Source of the DNA: a virus | DNA: 64,000 nucleotides | Reading direction: 5' to 3' (one strand) | Virus record (IMG/VR): IMGVR_UViG_3300010430_000018 | Coordinates: 18,421 to 82,420 of that record | Part shown: positions 10,718 to 19,054 of the stretch, piece after piece | Layout of the letters: the number at the start of each line of letters is the position of its first letter | Position numbering within the stretch: the first letter of the stretch is position 1 | Notes under the pieces: model-generated | Database searches by the model: none | What the model was told of the DNA's origin: nothing | The model's input: the letters and a program-made list of their open reading frames with translations, nothing else | Translations under genes and position numbers: made by a program

Positions 10718-11989
10718 ATGAAAAAATATTTAAGTCTGTTGGTTTTTATTGTGGTTCTTTGTTTACCTAATACTTCTCACTCACAAGAAGTAAAACAAAA
10801 AGGTAAATTCTTTAAAGCATTGTACGAAGACTTTTTACAGTATGGAACTATATATGCAGCAGGAGATGCACGCAATTCTTACCAGACAAGCAGACAAGAC
10901 TTTTTTGTAGAACGACCAGCGGATGGTGATCTTTATGCTATTCCTCGTGTAATAGATGTAACAGAATACTTTGAATTTGATTATAGAATAGGATTTGGAA
11001 TAAGGAAACTAGCTAGATTTAACTATGAAAGAAAGCCAAGAAATTGGTATGACGGAACTGAACAACAATTAGCATTCACAGCCCCGTCTTCAGCTCTAAC
11101 AGGATTAGAATATCAGTTGCATTTTGAAAAAGAAAGATTACGTGGTGAAGAATTTAATAACCATAGAATATTTATTAAACATACTGGAAAATATCATATA
11201 ATTAAAGCTGAATCAAGAGAAGTAGGAAGCATTAACTTAAACTATAGGTCAGCAGAAGCCAGGTTACGTTTACCTATTGGTAAAAAGTTTAGCATATCAG
11301 CTGGAGCAATCTACCGTACACATGAGCGTGCTTATGGGTACAATCCAATTGAGATATGGCTTAATGAAACCGAACTGTTCTTTGACCCAGATGGTAATCC
11401 TTTTTTAGATGAGAATGGTAATCCTATTGAGTTTCCAGCTAACCCATGGTATTCTTTAGGTTATGAATATGGATACACAGATGTTTATTTTACTGAAACT
11501 AGTATTGATCCTAATACAGGGGAAGAAATAGAAAGATCTGATTGGTATTGGGTAGATTCTGATGGAAATAGAGTTGCTGATTCAGATTTAGAATTTAGAA
11601 ATACTGTTTTTAGAGATTTAATAAATACATATAATAATGAACAATGGGATCTTTTAAGTGGATTTGGTGAGATAGCACCTGTAGTAGGATTTGATTTCTA
11701 TCATTATAAAAGTAAGTTTTGGTTGCATGCTTATGCAAACTATATATTACCACATCATAAATACATCTCTGGAGATGAGGACTTTAGTTATCTAAATAGA
11801 AACAATTGGGGTAAAGGTGGACTAAGAATAGATTCTGAACATGAGCAATGGGATGACTACAATGTAGGAGTTAACTTAGGATGGAAATTGAGTAGACATT
11901 TTGGTGTCTTTGTAGAAGGAGAGTATGGCAAATTTTGGGATAGTGAATTATACCAAACTAGCATTGGATTAAATTTTTCATTTAAATAA
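10718..11989 (+). CDS. Putative outer-membrane beta-barrel protein
   Basis: Sec signal peptide, amphipathic aromatic-rich strands, and C-terminal ...SIGLNFSFK resembling a beta-signal. Confidence 0.65.
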   Translation: MKKYLSLLVFIVVLCLPNTSHSQEVKQKGKFFKALYEDFLQYGTIYAAGDARNSYQTSRQDFFVERPADGDLYAIPRVIDVTEYFEFDYRIGFGIRKLARFNYERKPRNWYDGTEQQLAFTAPSSALTGLEYQLHFEKERLRGEEFNNHRIFIKHTGKYHIIKAESREVGSINLNYRSAEARLRLPIGKKFSISAGAIYRTHERAYGYNPIEIWLNETELFFDPDGNPFLDENGNPIEFPANPWYSLGYEYGYTDVYFTETSIDPNTGEEIERSDWYWVDSDGNRVADSDLEFRNTVFRDLINTYNNEQWDLLSGFGEIAPVVGFDFYHYKSKFWLHAYANYILPHHKYISGDEDFSYLNRNNWGKGGLRIDSEHEQWDDYNVGVNLGWKLSRHFGVFVEGEYGKFWDSELYQTSIGLNFSFK

Positions 11990-11995
11990 TAAATA

Positions 11996-12286
11996 ATGGC
12001 ACAACAAGCACCTCAGATAGGGGAACAAACTAAAGTAACTTTAGATTTAAAAACAATTGGCATGATAGTAGGGTTTGTAGTTTCTCTGTCAACCATGTGG
12101 TTTACACTTAAGGCTGATATAGCTCTAGCTATGGAAAGACCCGAACCTCCAATTGAAAGAGTAGAATATGATCTTAAAGATGAACTTGTTAGAGAAACTA
12201 TAATGACTACCCAAGAAGACGTTGAGGAAATTAAACAAACCTTAGCTAAAATGGAAGAACGCTTATATGAACTAAGTCAGAGATAG
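11996..12286 (+). CDS. Single-TM coiled-coil membrane protein
   Basis: Hydrophobic segment IGMIVGFVVSLSTMWF followed by a heptad-rich C-terminus. Confidence 0.6.
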   Translation: MAQQAPQIGEQTKVTLDLKTIGMIVGFVVSLSTMWFTLKADIALAMERPEPPIERVEYDLKDELVRETIMTTQEDVEEIKQTLAKMEERLYELSQR

Positions 12287-12288
12287 AC

Positions 12289-12678
12289 ATGAAAAAGTTA
12301 ATGTTAATTTTATTACTCGTTGTTTGCAATACTATGCACGCACAGGAGTGGATAACAGATGATGACTTTGATGTTAAAATTAGTGGTAAAAATGCTTATG
12401 GTGAGTCATATGCAGTTGTAGTTGTAGAATTTTATGCAAGCTTTAATAAAGATAATGAGTTTAAGGATTGGGATTTACTTGAAGGAGTTAAATATTATAA
12501 GTGTGATATCAAAAAAGCCCCACAAGCAAAAAAAAATTACAAAGTTAGAATGGCACCTACCATAATAATATACTTAGAAGGTATACTACATGAAGATTAT
12601 AGAGCAGGTCTTGATTTAGTATGTCCTGTAAATCTTGTTGAGCTACAAGAAGAAATAGACAAAATTAATAAGTATTAA
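12289..12678 (+). CDS. Secreted thioredoxin-fold protein lacking CxxC
   Basis: Signal peptide; VVVEFYASFN in place of VDFWAxWC; cis-Pro-type motif VRMAPTIIIY. Confidence 0.65.
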   Translation: MKKLMLILLLVVCNTMHAQEWITDDDFDVKISGKNAYGESYAVVVVEFYASFNKDNEFKDWDLLEGVKYYKCDIKKAPQAKKNYKVRMAPTIIIYLEGILHEDYRAGLDLVCPVNLVELQEEIDKINKY

Positions 12679-12768
12679 CGTAGCTCCAACATGTAGCTGT
12701 GGTAAAGTTATGACTTTTTATGAAGGTACAATAATAGATGGTCCTTTTTGGTTTTGCAGCAATTGTGA

Positions 12769-13110
12769 TTATATTGAATTTATAAAATGAATTGTCCAAG
12801 CAACTAAACCATTAAGTTGTAAAACTACTAGATTCCATTGTCTTCTTGATATTACCTGTAAAAGAACACAACAAAAACCAAGTATAAAAAGTATAGGTTC
12901 AACAGTCCACTGACCAGCAATAAGAAAACCCACACCCATATAACCAGCTCTTGTAGCTAGCCTTTCTATAGGTGTTAGTCTTCTATCACGCACCATCATT
13001 CTAAGAATGTCACGCCACCAGTTGTATTCACACTTACGACATGTTTTCTTTTTCTCTGTTTTAAAAAGCCAATCAGGCCTTTTGTTTTTACAAACGTTGC
13101 ATGTTTTCAT
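12769..13110 (-). CDS. Zn-finger (CxxC...CxxC) membrane protein
   Basis: N-terminal CNVC/CRKC pair and about three C-terminal hydrophobic segments. Confidence 0.55.
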   Translation of the reverse strand: MKTCNVCKNKRPDWLFKTEKKKTCRKCEYNWWRDILRMMVRDRRLTPIERLATRAGYMGVGFLIAGQWTVEPILFILGFCCVLLQVISRRQWNLVVLQLNGLVAWTIHFINSI

Positions 13111-13127
13111 CTGATAAAAATAAAAAT

Positions 13128-14753
13128 TTAGCCTTCACAACTTGAACATTCTAATATATTTCTAGCAAAGTCTTGAGCGCTACTCTTACTAAATTGATAG
13201 TATAAAGTTTTTACACCTTCTTCCCAAGCATACAAATACAATTGATTAATTTGTTTAGCAGATACTGATGGGTCAATCATTAAGTTTAGTGACTGAGACT
13301 GATCAATATACTTTTGTCTTTGTGCTGCCTGTAAAACAAGTTCTTTAGGTGATATTTCAACAAAAGACTTAAACACTTCTTTAGTTGGAAAATCAAGATG
13401 TTGTACACTTCCGTCTTTACTAAGTATAGACTTCCAAGTTTTATCTGTATTTAAGCCATACTTTTCTAATTCACATTCTAAGAATGGGTTTTTATAAACC
13501 GTTTTAGACTTAGCAAGATCTTTAATAAAGTAATTAGATTTGATAGGTTCTATACCCATAGACACAGCACCATGAATAAAACTGCTGGACTTAGTAGGAG
13601 CAATAGCCATTAGTGTAGTATTGGCATAACCTTCTCTAATAGATGTATAGCCATATTCTGAATGTAACTTTCTAGATGCTATTTCACTTCTATCTTTAAT
13701 TGTTCTAAATATTTCAGAGTTTAAACCTTTAGCCTTTAAAGAATCAAAGTTTATTAATTTTGATTGAAATAAAGAATGATAACCTAATACACCTAAACCA
13801 ATTGCTCTATGCTTTTTAGCAAAGTTATGAGCTCTTTTCATACCGGGCATAGTTTCTGACTTAATTATAAACTCATCCATTACGGCATTTAAAAAGTATA
13901 CATATGTTTGTACTGCATCTGTTTCTTTTATTTCTTCCCAGTGTAATAAATTAATAGATCCAAGACAACATACAAAAGAGTTGTAGCTATCTGTAGGCAA
14001 TTGAATTTCAGAACATAAATTTGAAGCTGTAATTTCCAAACCTAACTCTTTATATGGTGAATTATTATTTGAGTTATCTTTAAACATAATATAAGGAAAA
14101 CCAAATTCAGATCTACGTTGTATGATCTTAGCCCATATCTTACGTTTCTTTCTGTCTCCGGCTTTCATTTCTTCCATCCAGGTATCACTAACTGTGATGC
14201 CATACTGTAAGTTTTGTATTGGGTTTCCCTCAGTACCAATATCTAAGAACTCTTCAATATCTTTATGTTCTACAGGTAGATATACTGCGCATGCTCCACG
14301 TCTTGCTTCAGATTGTTTACACACATCCACAACAGTGTCATATATTCTAGCATAGTGTATGGGCCCATCTGCAAAGCCACCTGTAGATATAACACTACCT
14401 CTTGGTCTTATATTACCTAAGTAAGCACTAGTACCCCCTCCATATTTAGACATCATTCCTATCTCTCGTCCTGCATTAAGTATGCTATCTAGATTATCAT
14501 CAATGTTAGATCCATAACAACTAATTGGTAAGCCTTTTTGTTTTCCAAAGTTAATCCATACAGGAGTTGACAAAGAGTAATAACCTTTTGCCATATAATC
14601 CTCAAATTTTTCTGCAAAACCTTTTATATTCAAATACTTTTCTGCCTTGATAGCAATGTCTTTGATTCTTTGTTCAGGGCTTTCTGATATATATCCTCTT
14701 GATAAAAATGTGCGGCTGTCTTCATTTAGCCAGTAATATTTATTATATTCCAT
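13128..14753 (-). CDS. nrdA: Ribonucleotide reductase class I alpha subunit (no ATP cone)
   Basis: Motifs SNLCSEI, PISC, APTKSSS, KTLYY and C-terminal CSSC. Confidence 0.95.
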   Translation of the reverse strand: MEYNKYYWLNEDSRTFLSRGYISESPEQRIKDIAIKAEKYLNIKGFAEKFEDYMAKGYYSLSTPVWINFGKQKGLPISCYGSNIDDNLDSILNAGREIGMMSKYGGGTSAYLGNIRPRGSVISTGGFADGPIHYARIYDTVVDVCKQSEARRGACAVYLPVEHKDIEEFLDIGTEGNPIQNLQYGITVSDTWMEEMKAGDRKKRKIWAKIIQRRSEFGFPYIMFKDNSNNNSPYKELGLEITASNLCSEIQLPTDSYNSFVCCLGSINLLHWEEIKETDAVQTYVYFLNAVMDEFIIKSETMPGMKRAHNFAKKHRAIGLGVLGYHSLFQSKLINFDSLKAKGLNSEIFRTIKDRSEIASRKLHSEYGYTSIREGYANTTLMAIAPTKSSSFIHGAVSMGIEPIKSNYFIKDLAKSKTVYKNPFLECELEKYGLNTDKTWKSILSKDGSVQHLDFPTKEVFKSFVEISPKELVLQAAQRQKYIDQSQSLNLMIDPSVSAKQINQLYLYAWEEGVKTLYYQFSKSSAQDFARNILECSSCEG

Positions 14754-14767
14754 AATTGTTGGTTTAA

Positions 14768-15748
14768 TTAGAATAAGTCATCAACCGTGATGCTTTTACT
14801 TTTTTTATTGTAATCAACACTTTTTTTGTAGAAAAAATCTCCTTCTTTTGTTCCAGTAATCTCTATATCAAACCATTCTACTGATTTTAATATATCATAA
14901 TTAACTTCAAAGATTGGTTTCATACCTATCTTTTCTAAAGAATTATTAAATCTATTTTTTATAAAGTGTTCTATAGTAGTTTGTGGTAAAAAATTGAGCT
15001 CACCTTTTTCAAAGATCCAATCTAGTATGCCACATTCTGCTCTATATGCTTTTCTACATGCAGAATAAATAAGCTCTTGAAATTCTACATCAAACCACTC
15101 AGGGTTTTCTTTTTTGATGATATTAATAATCTCAGCACCAAAGTTACCATGTATCTCTTCTTCTTTACTGGTAGCCTCAACAACATTAGATATACCCTTA
15201 AGCACATTCTTTTCTTTATTAAAACTCATCATGATTAAGAACTGACTAAATAAACTTACGTGCTCTATAAATAAAGAAAACAAAAGTACAGATTTAGTGT
15301 ACATTTTATCATCTCTAGAACGTGTTCCATCAAGATACTTTTTTAAATACTTAAGTCTTCCTTTAATAGCAGGTACTTCAACTACTGATTGAAATTCTTT
15401 TTCTAAACCTAATATTCTAAGTAGTCTAGCATATGCATCTTTATGACGTACCTCTGACTCAGCAAAAGTAAAACCAACGTCACCTACTTCTGTAATAGGC
15501 ATGCGTTTATATAGGTCACCCCAAAAAGTCTTTACATTAACTTCTATTTGTGCAATAGCTAACATAGTTTTTTTTATAACATCTTTTTCATTATTTGAAA
15601 TTGTTATTTTAAAATCTTGTATATCTTCTGTAAAATTAAATTCTGTGTCTATCCAGTAGGAATGTCTTATTGCATCTTTGTATGCTAGTAGTTGTGGGTA
15701 TTCATAAGGTAATATGTTTGTTCTGCTTTTAAAAATGTTTTTATTCAT
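14768..15748 (-). CDS. nrdB: Ribonucleotide reductase class I beta subunit (class Id-like)
   Basis: Ferritin-like ligands E69, E99xxH102, second EEIH; radical Y106; K73; C-terminal DFF. Confidence 0.95.
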   Translation of the reverse strand: MNKNIFKSRTNILPYEYPQLLAYKDAIRHSYWIDTEFNFTEDIQDFKITISNNEKDVIKKTMLAIAQIEVNVKTFWGDLYKRMPITEVGDVGFTFAESEVRHKDAYARLLRILGLEKEFQSVVEVPAIKGRLKYLKKYLDGTRSRDDKMYTKSVLLFSLFIEHVSLFSQFLIMMSFNKEKNVLKGISNVVEATSKEEEIHGNFGAEIINIIKKENPEWFDVEFQELIYSACRKAYRAECGILDWIFEKGELNFLPQTTIEHFIKNRFNNSLEKIGMKPIFEVNYDILKSVEWFDIEITGTKEGDFFYKKSVDYNKKSKSITVDDLF

Positions 15749-15796
15749 ATTGGGTTTATTTATGTAATTAATATATATTCCTTATAGGATATAAAA

Positions 15797-15821
15797 GCCG
15801 CACCTTAGAAAAAAGTGCAGC
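15797..15821 (-). terminator. Intrinsic terminator-like hairpin upstream of nrdB
   Basis: Minus strand reads GCTGCAC-11 nt-GTGCGGC-TTTT. Confidence 0.5.
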
Positions 15822-15866
15822 AGTTAAGTAATTATAAAGTATGAAATATTTATGAGACTTAAAAGA

Positions 15867-16055
15867 CTAATCACTGATATTTACATAACTTAATGTCAAA
15901 AAAATTAAACCTACTTCTATACCTGTTACGGGACGGTATTTTTCATCTGTACATAGGACTTCACAGTTGACTGCTTTAATTCCTAAAAGAGTTTCCGTAG
16001 GGAAAAACTCTATACTAAATTTATTTTTAAATTGTATTGGATCTATTTTATTCAT
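15867..16055 (-). CDS. Small hydrophobic beta-strand-rich protein
   Basis: 62-aa ORF with an A-rich start and TATCTTTG upstream. Confidence 0.55.
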   Translation of the reverse strand: MNKIDPIQFKNKFSIEFFPTETLLGIKAVNCEVLCTDEKYRPVTGIEVGLIFLTLSYVNISD

Positions 16056-16111
16056 AAATTAAAATTTATTGGATTACTAAAATGATTATAATTTGAGCAT
16101 CCATTGGCTAA

Positions 16112-16119
16112 CAAAGATA
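16112..16119 (-). promoter_or_regulatory. Bacteroidota sigma-A -7 element (TATCTTTG)
   Basis: Matches TAnnTTTG and lies upstream of the 16055/nrdB/nrdA unit. Confidence 0.55.
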
Positions 16120-16198
16120 ATATATCTTTATGTGTTTCAGTTGTTATATTGATACAAAATTTGTATATTATTTATATAGTACCCTAAAATACTCAGTG

Positions 16199-16456
16199 AT
16201 GATAAAAAAATTTTTAAAAAAACTAATACATATTATTTGGACATTTAGTTTACAAGATTATTGGAAAGCTATTTGGTCAAAGACGTCTGTTGATGAAAAA
16301 GCAATAGCTACTGTTAAAGAGGTTAAAAAAAGATTTAAGTTAACAGCTGATGAGCTAGCTGATGTTGGTAGAGCAATAAAGGAAGTTGGTAATCAACTTG
16401 GAGATATTGATGATGCTGTTAAAGGCAAAGCAAGAAAGGGCAGAAAGAAAAAATAA
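16199..16456 (+). CDS. Hypothetical helical protein with basic tail
   Basis: ORF-track 16130..16456; the likely start is MIKKF at 16199. Confidence 0.6.
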   Translation: MIKKFLKKLIHIIWTFSLQDYWKAIWSKTSVDEKAIATVKEVKKRFKLTADELADVGRAIKEVGNQLGDIDDAVKGKARKGRKKK

Positions 16457-16581
16457 TGGCTAGAATTATAACAGGTGTATATAAAAAAGTGTCTGGTAAA
16501 AAAAGACCAGGTATACATAGTAAAAATGCATCTAAAGGTCAAAATGGTTATAAACAAAAATACAGAGGTCAAGGAAGATGA
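16456..16581 (+). CDS. Small basic protein ending YRGQGR (41 aa, not in ORF track)
   Basis: MARIITGVYKKVSGKKRPGIHSKNASKGQNGYKQKYRGQGR; TAATG coupling to the upstream gene. Confidence 0.65.
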   Translation: MARIITGVYKKVSGKKRPGIHSKNASKGQNGYKQKYRGQGR

Positions 16582-16679
16582 GACAAGTATGTTTATTTAT
16601 ACAATGGATTACGAGAGGTAAAATTTGTTTAGGGCATTGCCGTCAAGGTTTATGTCATAAGACAAAAAGCTCAGTGTAA
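16578..16679 (+). CDS. Small Cys-rich protein (33 aa)
   Basis: MRQVCLFIQWITRGKICLGHCRQGLCHKTKSSV; ATGA and TAATG overlaps on the two sides. Confidence 0.5.
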   Translation: MRQVCLFIQWITRGKICLGHCRQGLCHKTKSSV

Positions 16680-16822
16680 TGAATTGGGAATTAGAAATTG
16701 CATTTCATTGGCCACATGATAGATTGGCTCTTGGATGGGATATAATTAGACCTGATAAAGAGTTTAATTATAACACAATAAAATTATATATGTTTTTTGT
16801 TACATTAACATTAGACTTTTAA
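16679..16822 (+). CDS. Small beta-strand-rich protein (47 aa)
   Basis: MNWELEIAFHWPHDRLALGWDII...IKLYMFFVTLTLDF; translationally coupled. Confidence 0.55.
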   Translation: MNWELEIAFHWPHDRLALGWDIIRPDKEFNYNTIKLYMFFVTLTLDF

Positions 16823-16833
16823 ATAATAATAAT

Positions 16834-17046
16834 ATGAAAAAAAATAGACCTTGTTTACCTATGCAAAAAGAACCAAAGAGTGCTGGAAAATTATTATCCA
16901 GTAATGGTGGTGAGTTAAATGAAATGATGATGGGTTCAGTAATTGCTAAAATGCGAGAAGGTGGAAACGCAAAAAGAGTTGCTAGTAAAGCAGACGGCAC
17001 AGAACAATTACAATCATATAAAATAGGTGGTTGGACACATTCATAA
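16834..17046 (+). CDS. Small protein with xxGG motifs
   Basis: 70-aa ORF containing MREGG and YKIGG. Confidence 0.55.
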   Translation: MKKNRPCLPMQKEPKSAGKLLSSNGGELNEMMMGSVIAKMREGGNAKRVASKADGTEQLQSYKIGGWTHS

Positions 17047-17058
17047 ATAAAACAAAAG

Positions 17059-17922
17059 ATGAATATCTTAACTGATGTATTAAGTTTAATTAAAAGATCT
17101 GTTTTTGCAAAGAAAGCAAGTTTAGATGATGTTCTTATCTTAGGAGTTAATGAACAACCTGAAATGACAGGGGTTGCATCACCAATACCCTATAAAAGCA
17201 TAAAGGTTATAAAAGTGAGAGATTTAAAGGTTGCTGCTGAACATTGTGGGCAGGCTAATTCTCCAGCTACTCCAGCTGCTGGCACAGGACAAGTATATCA
17301 GAAGACAGTATCTGATGAAGTTGAAGAGACTTGTACTGTATATTTCAGATCTCTGAAGTCTCTGAGTAGCAACCTAACTCTTGCTAATTCATCAGATGAT
17401 GATTATGTAGAGATAACAACAAGTGGTGAGCCAAATACAGCTGCAAGCGTAGGTACTGGATTTGCTATTTGGAAAGACAAAGTTGGTGAAACATTAAACT
17501 TTAGATCTTTAGTAGGAGGTACAAATGTAACATTGGCACAAACTGCAAATGAAATAACAATAAATGCCACAGATAGTAAGCCATATACAAGCTATGTAGC
17601 ATTAATAGCACAAGCGGGTACAGCGGCTCCGGTGGCTACAGTATTAGAAAATACAACAGGTAAAACATTTACTTTTGTCCGTACAAGTGTAGGAAATTAT
17701 GATGTAACATATGATTCAGCTGTTGCTGACGCAGACAAAGTAGTTATAGATTTAAGTATGACATTTAGAGGGGCAGGGACAGCCTATGCAAATGCAAATG
17801 TTCATAGTACAAATACTAATGGATTTAAAATTGTTGCAGTAACCCAAGACTCTTCTGGATTAGAGATAGCAAGTGATGATGTATTTCTTAGAACACCACT
17901 AACAATAAAAATATATTCGTAA
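17059..17922 (+). CDS. Putative fibre/decoration structural protein
   Basis: Thr/Ala/Val-rich beta protein with two FRSL repeats; N-terminus resembles that of 19662..23036. Confidence 0.6.
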   Translation: MNILTDVLSLIKRSVFAKKASLDDVLILGVNEQPEMTGVASPIPYKSIKVIKVRDLKVAAEHCGQANSPATPAAGTGQVYQKTVSDEVEETCTVYFRSLKSLSSNLTLANSSDDDYVEITTSGEPNTAASVGTGFAIWKDKVGETLNFRSLVGGTNVTLAQTANEITINATDSKPYTSYVALIAQAGTAAPVATVLENTTGKTFTFVRTSVGNYDVTYDSAVADADKVVIDLSMTFRGAGTAYANANVHSTNTNGFKIVAVTQDSSGLEIASDDVFLRTPLTIKIYS

Positions 17923-18395
17923 TGAGCACAAAACCTAAAAAGAAATTTAGTGAAACTAAAGTAGGAAAATTCTTAACAGATAAAGTACCTTCTATAGTGG
18001 GTTTAGTTGGTAATGCACTACCAGATGCTGGTGTATTAGGTTTGGTTAAAGGTTTAATACAAAAAGAACCAGACATTGTATTACCTCCAGAGGATAAAGA
18101 AAAAGCATTAAAACTATTAGAACAAGACATGGTTGAAATGCAAGAGGTAAGTAAGAGATGGCAAGCAGACATGAAGTCAGATTCATATTTATCAAAAAAT
18201 ACAAGACCATTAACTCTGATATTTTTGACTGTTTCATTAGTTATCTTTATCTTGTTAGATGGTTTTGACATAGACTTTAGTATTGATGGAGGCTGGGTAG
18301 ATTTACTTAAGTCACTTTTAATAACTGTCTATGTAGCTTATTTTGGTTCTAGAGGAGCTGAAAAATTTAAAACAATTAGTAATAACAACAAATAA
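17922..18395 (+). CDS. Putative holin (GTA/3TM holin-like)
   Basis: RWQADM.SDS.LSKNTRP, two TM segments, YFGSRG.EK. Confidence 0.7.
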   Translation: MSTKPKKKFSETKVGKFLTDKVPSIVGLVGNALPDAGVLGLVKGLIQKEPDIVLPPEDKEKALKLLEQDMVEMQEVSKRWQADMKSDSYLSKNTRPLTLIFLTVSLVIFILLDGFDIDFSIDGGWVDLLKSLLITVYVAYFGSRGAEKFKTISNNNK

Positions 18396-18407
18396 AAATT
18401 AGAAAAC

Positions 18408-18683
18408 ATGGGAACAAAAAAAGGAATGAAACGCAAAACAGCTAGGAGAGCTTATATGCCAAAAGCTGAGATGGGTGGCGGTGGATTCACTTATGGTGCA
18501 GGAGACGGTGATATATCTCCAAGAGAAGCAAACATGAACCAGATGGCTGCAGGTGGTGGTCTTAAAGGCTTTAAAAGCGGTGGTAGTGTTATGGATGGAA
18601 TGGAAAAACCTAGTTATAAAAAAGGTGGCACTAAGAAAGGTATGAAAAGAAAAACTGCACGTAGAGCTTACATGAAAAAATAA
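18408..18683 (+). CDS. Small basic protein with identical terminal repeats
   Basis: GTKKGMKRKTARRAYM at both ends; four xxGG motifs. Confidence 0.7.
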   Translation: MGTKKGMKRKTARRAYMPKAEMGGGGFTYGAGDGDISPREANMNQMAAGGGLKGFKSGGSVMDGMEKPSYKKGGTKKGMKRKTARRAYMKK

Positions 18684-18688
18684 AAGTT

Positions 18689-18964
18689 ATGCCAGCAAAA
18701 AAAATTAAACCTGCTAAAAAAATAGGAACTATGCCTAAAAGTGTAGTATCTTATAAAAAAGGAGGGTCTAAAAAATCTGGTAAAAACTGGATCAAAGGTG
18801 CAATTAAAAAGCCGGGTGCTTTAAAAGCTACTGCAAAAAGAGCAGGTGCTATGAAAGCTGATGGAACTATTAAAAAATCTTGGCTCAGAGAAAAAGCAAA
18901 AGGTAGTGGTAAGACTGCACAGCGTGCTAGACTTGCTTTAACATTAGGTAAAATGAAAAAATAA
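18689..18964 (+). CDS. Small Lys-rich protein
   Basis: WIKGAIKKPGAL...ARLALTL; highly basic. Confidence 0.7.
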   Translation: MPAKKIKPAKKIGTMPKSVVSYKKGGSKKSGKNWIKGAIKKPGALKATAKRAGAMKADGTIKKSWLREKAKGSGKTAQRARLALTLGKMKK

Positions 18965-19050
18965 TGAATAATAAAGGAGTACAATGTATATGTGGATGCA
19001 CACAAAATCCTGATGGGTTATGTGATGGTTCACATTTATTAAATAAATAA
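18964..19050 (+). CDS. CDGSH-type [2Fe-2S] micro-protein (28 aa, not in ORF track)
   Basis: MNNKGVQCICGCTQNPDGLCDGSHLLNK; coupled by TAATG and ends 4 nt before the next ATG. Confidence 0.7.
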   Translation: MNNKGVQCICGCTQNPDGLCDGSHLLNK

Positions 19051-19054
19051 AACT

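Noticed and set aside
12769-13110. PnuC nicotinamide riboside transporter
   Set aside because: Only about three short TM segments, and no NadR or NAD-salvage neighbours.
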